Source: a bacterium
GTDB taxonomy: Bacteria > Patescibacteriota > Minisyncoccia > Minisyncoccales > PEYH01
Direction: 5' to 3'
Length of the DNA stretch: 45,599 bases
Assembly: GCA_021163545.1 (NCBI GenBank)
Contig: JAGGTU010000045.1
Span: forward strand, 1-45,599
Part shown: positions 36,882 through 42,919 of the stretch, piece by piece
Layout of the letters: every line of letters begins with the position of its first letter
How positions within the stretch are numbered: position 1 is the stretch's first letter
Made by a program: the position numbers and the translations under genes
The notes under the pieces: generated by a model
The model's input: the letters and a program-made list of their open reading frames with translations, nothing else
The model's database searches: none
What the model was told of the DNA's origin: nothing

Positions 36882-38180
36882 CTATTTAATGTATAATTCT
36901 TCAAATTGCTTTAGAAGAAATGGTAGTTTTTTCCTTTTTTTTGCTTGTTTGAGAGCCAAGGAAAAAGCCAAGATTGTTTCTTTTTTTGTTCCCACACACT
37001 CAAAAGGTTTGGTTTCTTTTTTCCCTAATAATTGTAGCATAAGAGGCAAAAGAGATTTGTCCTCAAAGAGATTTTTTCCAAAAATCTTGACCAAATCTTT
37101 CTCTTTTAAAAATGGATACAAAAGGGTAAACACAAAAAGGCATTTTGGACATTTTAAACACCATTTTGGTTTTCTTGCTGAAAGTTTATAAGCATTATTG
37201 CAGCTTATAAATACAAAATGATATTTTTTTAGCTTTGCAAAGATTTGGGCAATTTCTAACTCTGAAAATTGTCGCAAAGCACTAAAAACATCTATATTTT
37301 TTAAAAGATATTTTTTAGCTAATCTGTTGAATTCTTTCTCAAACTTTGAAGTTTTTGACCATTGATGATTTATCCATCTCCCTTTGTATTTTAAATTAGG
37401 TTCATTTGCACTTTTCTCCCAAGAAAAAGCAACTCGTCCATAATTAAACAACGCCGCCACAATTAAGGAAAGATAAGCCAAAAAGGCAGAAAAAGGAACA
37501 TGTCCATTTAAAAACTTGCCAGATTTATTGAACTTCAAGAGTAAAGGGTCAAGCTTTCTTTCAATGAAAATGATTTCTTTTAATTTGGCAATTTCTGAAA
37601 TTTTTACCTGTGGAACTCTGGCATTTAAAATCAACCCTCCTAAAATATTACCTTTCTTTTTTAAAAGCTCTATTGTTACCGGAGAATCTTTCCCCCCTCC
37701 GATTGGCACTAAAATTTTATTTTGGCTAAATTCATTTTTGCTTGCTTTATATAAAGGTTTTTTCTGATTAACTTTAATGTTTAAAAAGCCACGTTTTGTA
37801 AAATCAATTTGGTTCTTATAAAAATATTCTCCCATGCCATTTAAAATAATTTTTCTTAAAAACATTTTTTCTTCCTTGTGTAAATTTCCCGCATCAATCA
37901 ATATTTTTGGCGAGCAGGTCAATTTCCAATAATTGAGCATCTCAATGAGGCCTAAATGAAAAACAAGATTTTCTAAATCTTCTTTGTCTATGTTTTTAAG
38001 ATGTTTGAAAGGAACTTTTTTAACCGTGATTTTCGTTTTAAATTTTAAATCTCTTAAACCAGAGGTAGATCTAATTAAAAAATTAAACCAAATTTCCAAA
38101 TCAGGTTTTCGATACTTCCATTCAAACCCTTGATAAACAAACTCAGGATATTTTTTTCGTAAAGTGTTTGTTTTTTTCAT
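36882..38180 (-). CDS. PP-loop (adenine nucleotide alpha-hydrolase-like) protein with a CxxCxxC motif; possible MurL-like UDP-MurNAc-L-Ala-L-Glu epimerase
   Basis: VPIGGGKDSPV resembles the SGGxDS PP-loop. WCLKCPKC forms a cysteine cluster. The gene lies directly downstream of mraY in the dcw-type cluster. The MurL assignment is an inference from context only. Confidence 0.45.
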   Translation of the reverse strand: MKKTNTLRKKYPEFVYQGFEWKYRKPDLEIWFNFLIRSTSGLRDLKFKTKITVKKVPFKHLKNIDKEDLENLVFHLGLIEMLNYWKLTCSPKILIDAGNLHKEEKMFLRKIILNGMGEYFYKNQIDFTKRGFLNIKVNQKKPLYKASKNEFSQNKILVPIGGGKDSPVTIELLKKKGNILGGLILNARVPQVKISEIAKLKEIIFIERKLDPLLLKFNKSGKFLNGHVPFSAFLAYLSLIVAALFNYGRVAFSWEKSANEPNLKYKGRWINHQWSKTSKFEKEFNRLAKKYLLKNIDVFSALRQFSELEIAQIFAKLKKYHFVFISCNNAYKLSARKPKWCLKCPKCLFVFTLLYPFLKEKDLVKIFGKNLFEDKSLLPLMLQLLGKKETKPFECVGTKKETILAFSLALKQAKKRKKLPFLLKQFEELYIK

Positions 38181-38192
38181 ATTGGATTTTGA

Positions 38193-39287
38193 TTATCCCA
38201 GTAGTGCAACAGCTACCCCTACAATTGCAGCAATTATACCAATCACCCAAAAACGCATTGTTACTTTATAATGGGGCCAGCCTTTTGCCTCAAAATGATG
38301 GTGAATCGGAGCCGCCAAAAATATTTTCTTTTTGAAAAATCTCTTTGACAAAAGTTGTAAAATTACTGAGGCAGACTCGATAACCAGCAAGATTCCTATA
38401 ATTGGTAAAACTAAAACCGAATCTGTTAAAAATGCAACAACGGTTAATGCCGGACAGAGCCCCATTATTCCTGTTTCTCCCATATAAAATCTAGCAGGTG
38501 GAATGTTAAACCACAAAAACGCCAAAATCGCTCCAGCAACTGTTGCGCAAAAAGCAGCAAGGTCAATTTGCCCTTTAAAAAAGGCAATTGTACCATAAGC
38601 ACCAAAGATAGTAGCGAAAGCTCCACCCGCCAGTCCATCTAATCCATCAATAACTCCTCCTGAATAGGTTGCCATTGTCACTAAGATAAAGAAGGGAATA
38701 TATAAAGCACCCAAATAAATATCACCTACTCTTGGGATATGTAAAGTTTGCCATTCTAATTTGTAATAAAACCAAAGTCCTCCAATTAACCCGATTAAAA
38801 ACATCAAAAATAACCTTTTTTTCAAACTTAATCCTCCTCCAATGTATTTTCCTCCACCTTTCACTTGGAGAATGTCATCTACTAATCCCACTAATGCCCC
38901 TGAGACAAGAGCAAAAAAAGGAAGCCATGTTTGAGAACGGCTCAAGAAATTTAACTTTTGAAAAATCCAAAAATCAATTTTTGATAAAAGAAAAAAAATA
39001 ATTCCTACAAGCAATGGAACCACCCATACAAGAAGTCCTCCAAAACGAGGTACCTTTGTTTCTTTTTCTGTATGGAATTTCGGAAATATTTCTAACTTTT
39101 TGCCATCAATTGATTTTTCTCGTGGAGACTTCTTCCAGAGTTTATGCTTGTATAAAAAATTGGTTAAAAAAGGAGTCAAGAAGAAAGCCAGGCAAAAAGA
39201 GAAAGAGCCCAAGAAAAAAACCTTCAAGACGTTTATTATTAAAAACGGATCATATAAATATTGAGGAAGTTGTGTTTGTCCTACCAT
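38193..39287 (-). CDS. mraY: phospho-N-acetylmuramoyl-pentapeptide transferase MraY
   Basis: 10-TM layout with DDILQV, GLDGLAGG and APIHHHFEAKGW. Confidence 0.92.
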   Translation of the reverse strand: MVGQTQLPQYLYDPFLIINVLKVFFLGSFSFCLAFFLTPFLTNFLYKHKLWKKSPREKSIDGKKLEIFPKFHTEKETKVPRFGGLLVWVVPLLVGIIFFLLSKIDFWIFQKLNFLSRSQTWLPFFALVSGALVGLVDDILQVKGGGKYIGGGLSLKKRLFLMFLIGLIGGLWFYYKLEWQTLHIPRVGDIYLGALYIPFFILVTMATYSGGVIDGLDGLAGGAFATIFGAYGTIAFFKGQIDLAAFCATVAGAILAFLWFNIPPARFYMGETGIMGLCPALTVVAFLTDSVLVLPIIGILLVIESASVILQLLSKRFFKKKIFLAAPIHHHFEAKGWPHYKVTMRFWVIGIIAAIVGVAVALLG

Positions 39288-40351
39288 ATATACGCTTGTT
39301 TAATCCAAGTTATAAGTTTCTCCATGTCTTTAAAGCGATTTTTTGAGCCCAAAATTACATTTATAATAAAGCCGTCTTTTAAAGTTGGGTGTTTGATCAC
39401 CAAAAGAAAGCATTCTTGTGCAAGAGGGGTGTAGCCGGTTTTGCCAAAAATAATCTCATTTGAATATTTTGCAAGAAGTTCGTTTGTATTTTTTACTTTA
39501 TGATGGAAAGAATTGTCGGTTCTATATAAATAAAATTCTTTTTTTTGAGTAAGTTTAATTAAAAAATCAGCCCGCGGATCTGTTTTACTTTTTTGAATAA
39601 TAAACTTTGCTAGTTTGGCTAAGTCTTTTGCTGTTGAATAGTTATATGGCTCACCTGAGAAATCCGGATCAAGTCCTATAGGGTCAACGAATCTTGAATT
39701 TATAAGTCCTATTTTCTCTGCCTCTTTTTGCATTAGCCCAACAAACTTTTTTACTCCTATTACCTCTGCTAAGGCAAAAGTAGCATCATTGCTTGATTCA
39801 AGCAGCATAGAATGCAGAAGATCTTTAACGAAAAACCTCTCCCCTTCTTTGAAAAACCCTATCTCTTCTTCTGTTTCAATAGCTTCCTTTGAAAATTGTA
39901 CAATTTTGTTTAAATCGTAGTTTTCTACGATTATAAAGCCTGATAAAATCTTGCTTAAACTGGCAATGGGCACTCTTTTTTGAGGGTTTTTAGCAAACAA
40001 GAGGTATTCGTTTCCAAGTTCGTCTACTGCCACAGAAAGGACTGCAGTAGCATCAATGTCCAACGGATCTACGTCCCATCTTCGGAAAGGTTTTAAGAAT
40101 GAATAATCTACAGGAATTTGGGCAAGCATTTGATTATAAATCTTGGAAGTATATTTCCAATTAAGATATCCTTCAAATATCTGTTTAAACTCAAACAAAG
40201 CAGCTCCAATGCCACAAAGTAGTAATAATATTAGAGAAAATTTAAAAAAGCGCCTCAGCTTTGGTTTGTTCTGCCAGTTGAAAAATCTGCCCAAATTTAT
40301 TAAAAAATTCAACAACTTATTTATCCTCATTTTTATCTTCCTGCTTTTCAA
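39281..40351 (-). CDS. serine-type D-Ala-D-Ala carboxypeptidase (S11, PBP5-like)
   Basis: SxxK (IASLSKIL), SxN (ESSNDA) and KTG (GKTGYT) motifs, plus an N-terminal TM anchor. The exact start is uncertain because the ORF overlaps the aspS 3' end. Confidence 0.8.
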   Translation of the reverse strand: MKSRKIKMRINKLLNFLINLGRFFNWQNKPKLRRFFKFSLILLLLCGIGAALFEFKQIFEGYLNWKYTSKIYNQMLAQIPVDYSFLKPFRRWDVDPLDIDATAVLSVAVDELGNEYLLFAKNPQKRVPIASLSKILSGFIIVENYDLNKIVQFSKEAIETEEEIGFFKEGERFFVKDLLHSMLLESSNDATFALAEVIGVKKFVGLMQKEAEKIGLINSRFVDPIGLDPDFSGEPYNYSTAKDLAKLAKFIIQKSKTDPRADFLIKLTQKKEFYLYRTDNSFHHKVKNTNELLAKYSNEIIFGKTGYTPLAQECFLLVIKHPTLKDGFIINVILGSKNRFKDMEKLITWIKQAYIW

Positions 40352-41732
40352 CTTTTATATGTAGTTCTTTTAATTGTTCTTCTCCTACTTCAGATGGGGC
40401 ATTCATCATCAAATCGCGGGAGTCTCCTGTTTTTGGGAAAGGAATAACCTCTCTAATGTTTGGTTCTTTAAGCAATATAGCAAGAAGCCTATCAAGACCA
40501 AGCGCAATTCCACCATGAGGAGGGACTCCATATTCAAAAGCCTCAAGAAGATGGCCAAATTTTTCTTTGACCTCTTCTTTTTTATGACCCAACACCTCAA
40601 AAACAGTTTCTAAAATTTCTTTTTTGTAACTTCTTAAACTTCCTCCCCCAATTTCATATCCATTTAAGACTAAATCATATTGATATGCTAAAATTTCCCC
40701 CGGCTTTTCCTTAATCAATGAGAGATCCTCTGTTTGAGGACGAGTGAAAGGGTGATGCATTGCTTTCCATCTTTTTTCTTCTTTTGACCATTCAAACATA
40801 GGAAAATTAACAACGAACAAAAAGGCTAATTCGTCATCATTTTCTTTGTTTTCTCGTAAATCCGGCTTGTCAGTTCCATACTCTTTCATGACATCTTGAT
40901 AATTTAAACGTAAAAAAGGAAACTCTTTGATTCTTTTTTCCGGAAATATTTTCTTAACAACCTCTTGTATCATTTTTTCAACTATTTGAAGAATATCTTC
41001 TTGTTCTACAAAAGACATCTCTATATCAATTTGGGTAAACTCTGCTTGTCTGTCAGCTCTCGGATCTTCATCTCTAAAACATCTTGCAATTTGAAAATAT
41101 TTTTCTACTCCTGCAACCATTAAAAGCTGTTTATATTGTTGAGGGCTTTGTGGAAGAGCATAAAATTTTCCAGGTTGAAGACGCGAGGGAACCAAAAAAT
41201 CTCTTGCACCCTCAGGTGTTGATTTGGTTAAAATAGGGGTTTCAACTTCTACAAAACCATTATCTTTTAAGAAATTTCTTACTTCATGAATCACCTCCTG
41301 GCGAAGAATCAAATTTCTTTTTAATCTCTCTCTTCTTAAATCTAAATATCGATATTTTAATCTTTTTTCCTCGCTTATTTCGTATCCTTCACTCTGAATT
41401 GAAAAAGGCAAACTTTTTGCCTCAGATAGTATTTTAAGGTCCTGGGCCAATAATTCTATTTCTCCTGTAATCAAATCAGGATTTTCTGTGCCTTTTGGTC
41501 TTTTTTGGACTACTCCAGTTATCTCTACTACCCACTCTGGTTTTAGTCGTTTTGCTAAATCAAAAACCTGAGAGGATGTATCTTTTGCAAATGTTACCTG
41601 CAGAAGACCAGATCTATCTCTTAGATCTATAAAAATAATTTTTCCATGAGTACGAGCAGTATTTACCCAGCCACAGACTTTTACTTGTTGGTTAATAAAA
41701 TTTGGTGTTTGAAAAATAAGAGTTCTTTTCAT
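40317..41732 (-). CDS. aspS: aspartyl-tRNA synthetase, bacterial-type core without the GAD insertion domain
   Basis: FYALPQSPQQYKQLLMVAGVEKYFQIARCFRDEDPRADRQAEFTQIDIEMSF, then DKPDLRE runs almost directly into NFPMFEW...MHHPFTRP. Motif 3 is GGIALGLDRL. Confidence 0.92.
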   Translation of the reverse strand: MKRTLIFQTPNFINQQVKVCGWVNTARTHGKIIFIDLRDRSGLLQVTFAKDTSSQVFDLAKRLKPEWVVEITGVVQKRPKGTENPDLITGEIELLAQDLKILSEAKSLPFSIQSEGYEISEEKRLKYRYLDLRRERLKRNLILRQEVIHEVRNFLKDNGFVEVETPILTKSTPEGARDFLVPSRLQPGKFYALPQSPQQYKQLLMVAGVEKYFQIARCFRDEDPRADRQAEFTQIDIEMSFVEQEDILQIVEKMIQEVVKKIFPEKRIKEFPFLRLNYQDVMKEYGTDKPDLRENKENDDELAFLFVVNFPMFEWSKEEKRWKAMHHPFTRPQTEDLSLIKEKPGEILAYQYDLVLNGYEIGGGSLRSYKKEILETVFEVLGHKKEEVKEKFGHLLEAFEYGVPPHGGIALGLDRLLAILLKEPNIREVIPFPKTGDSRDLMMNAPSEVGEEQLKELHIKVEKQEDKNEDK

Positions 41733-42100
41733 AAATAATTTTTTATTTTTTCTACAATTTGGGAGGGCGTATAATTAGCTTTAAGTAAATATTCTTTTAC
41801 TCGAAGGCGCTTTGCCTGTTGTAGTAATTTTTTGTCTTCTAAATTAGAAAGAATTATAACAGGAGTTTTCTTACCTTCTTTTCTTATTTCTTTTAAAAAC
41901 GAAATTCCATCTTTACGTGGTAAGAGTATATCCAAAATAATTAAATCTATGTTTGTTTCTTTTGCAAGCATTTCTTTTCCCTCCTCGGCGCTCTTGACAG
42001 ATAAAACTTCCGCCCCTAATTCTGTAAATTTTTTACTATAAATCTCCACTAATAGAGGCTCATCCTCTATTAAAAGAATCTTCTTTGCGTCTTGTGGCAT
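41729..42100 (-). CDS. stand-alone response regulator receiver (CheY-like) protein
   Basis: KILLIEDEPLL, DLIILDILLPRKDG, and PVIILSN...K. No output domain is present. ATGA overlap with aspS. Confidence 0.85.
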   Translation of the reverse strand: MPQDAKKILLIEDEPLLVEIYSKKFTELGAEVLSVKSAEEGKEMLAKETNIDLIILDILLPRKDGISFLKEIRKEGKKTPVIILSNLEDKKLLQQAKRLRVKEYLLKANYTPSQIVEKIKNYL

Positions 42101-42106
42101 TATCCT

Positions 42107-42115
42107 ATTATATCA
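42107..42115 (-). promoter_or_regulatory. extended -10 promoter element of the receiver-aspS operon
   Basis: On the minus strand, TGATATAAT (TGn + TATAAT). The ATG at 42100 lies 6 nt after the -10 box, which is leaderless geometry. Confidence 0.5.
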
Positions 42116-42129
42116 AAAAATCTTGAAAT

Positions 42130-42470
42130 TTCCAGAAAAAAATACCCCACAAGGGGGCATAATAAGGGAGGGCGAGGCGGACTTTCAAGGAACTGGTGGG
42201 ATGGAGTGAGGGGATGCCGCGCCCTCCCATTTTTGGCTTTTTGAAAAAGATCTATTAAATAATATGCAATATAAGTCTACAAAGCAATGAAGGGGGAGCA
42301 GAGGGAGAAAAGGCTTTAGCCTTTTCTCCCTCTGCGGACACAAGGCTACCTCTGGGGTTGAGGTAGCACGTTATTGGCAGAAAGCGCGACAGTAGACTCT
42401 TTATTGTTGATAGGGGTGAGTAAGATGTCCAAACCGCGCTTTCCGCCATTTCTATGTCAAACAACTTCAT
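42130..42470 (-). ncRNA. candidate structured RNA R2 (~335 nt), family unknown
   Basis: It runs from promoter 42502-42475 to a terminal hairpin (42166-42174 with 42220-42228), then CCCC-UUGU-GGGG and a U7 run (42136-42156). Internal helices: 42376-42388 with 42435-42447, 8 bp 42345-42352 with 42360-42367, and a perfect 17 bp stem 42298-42314 with 42319-42335. Confidence 0.45.
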
Positions 42471-42474
42471 TTTT

Positions 42475-42502
42475 ATTATATGCTGCTTTAAATAACTGTC
42501 AA
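42475..42502 (-). promoter_or_regulatory. near-consensus sigma70 promoter (minus strand) for R2
   Basis: TTGACA (42502-42497), a 16 nt spacer, TATAAT (42480-42475). Confidence 0.6.
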
Positions 42503-42573
42503 CAAGAGTGCATGTATCGCTCCATAAGGTATCAGAAAATCCAATGATGCTAATAATATGTTTCAATTGATTG

Positions 42574-42634
42574 AGAAAAAATAAAGGGGCAGACCATGGA
42601 GGTAGCTGCGGTGAAAGGAAAAATGGTCTGCCCC
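42574..42634 (-). terminator. intrinsic terminator ending R1
   Basis: A perfect 12 bp stem pairs 42586-42597 with 42623-42634 (GGGGCAGACCAT/ATGGTCTGCCCC). It is followed on the minus strand by UUUAUUUUUU. Confidence 0.7.
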
Positions 42635-42830
42635 GGAAGGGTAGTGGCACCCAACTTGGCAAGGGGCGGAAAACGCGAGCTGAAAATGGGGGTTTAAGGA
42701 TGAGGGGAATAAACGCCTTTTGGTGGTGAGACACGTTTTCCGCCCCATCTTAGACTTGTAAAGGGTCTAACAGGGAGGGCTCCTTAGCTCAAGGAGCCAA
42801 TGAGCCCTCCCTCTCCCAGGGTAAGCTGGT
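42574..42830 (-). ncRNA. candidate structured RNA R1 (~250 nt), paralogous to R2
   Basis: It runs from promoter 42866-42837 to terminator 42574-42634. Helices: 15 bp 42663-42677 with 42732-42746, and 10 bp 42773-42782 with 42802-42811, which competes with 42778-42785/42791-42798. Confidence 0.45.
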
Positions 42831-42836
42831 ACTTTC

Positions 42837-42866
42837 ATTATAAATTTAATTGTCAAATTCTGTCAA
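42837..42866 (-). promoter_or_regulatory. sigma70 promoter (minus strand) for R1
   Basis: TTGACA (42866-42861), an 18 nt spacer, TATAAT (42842-42837). Confidence 0.55.
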
Positions 42867-42878
42867 GTTCGGTAAAAT
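42850..42878 (+). promoter_or_regulatory. candidate valS promoter
   Basis: TTGTCA (42850-42855), a 17 nt spacer, TAAAAT (42873-42878). It interdigitates with the divergent R1 promoter. Confidence 0.5.
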
Positions 42879-42919
42879 AAAAAAGATGCTTTTATCAAAA
42901 ATAAGTTTAATACCCAAAA

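Noticed and set aside
42179-42190. RNase P RNA, suggested by a minus-strand UUGAAAGUCCGCC resembling the GAGGAAAGUCC CR-I motif
   Set aside because: The motif sits ~50 nt from the 3' end of the unit, directly before the receiver gene. I found no GGUAAGAGC-type or ACAGAA..CGGCUUA-type partner motifs, and the topology does not fit.
42625-42650. SRP RNA domain IV, suggested by plus-strand GGUCUGCCCCGGAAGGGUAGUGGC resembling GGUCAGGUCCGGAAGGAAGCAGC
   Set aside because: The flanks do not form the long SRP hairpin. The GGUCUGCCCC segment is instead the 3' arm of a perfect 12 bp terminator stem, and the AGCA-type symmetric loop is absent.
42255-42748. ORF-track proteins of 159 aa (42255..42734) and 61 aa (42563..42748) on the minus strand
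   Set aside because: Both read straight through a near-consensus promoter, a perfect 12 bp terminator and a perfect 17 bp hairpin. Their translations are P/S/L-rich with no motif. I treat the region as RNA. Only the shorter 71-codon sub-ORF starting at 42470 is kept, as an alternative hypothesis.
42640-42919. T-box or another riboswitch leader controlling valS (alternative GGGAGGGCUC/GGCUCCUU pairings at 42773-42811)
   Set aside because: The candidate valS promoter (42850-42878) lies downstream of the structures. No AANNNGGGUGGNACCGCG T-box sequence is present. The wobble positions favour the minus strand.
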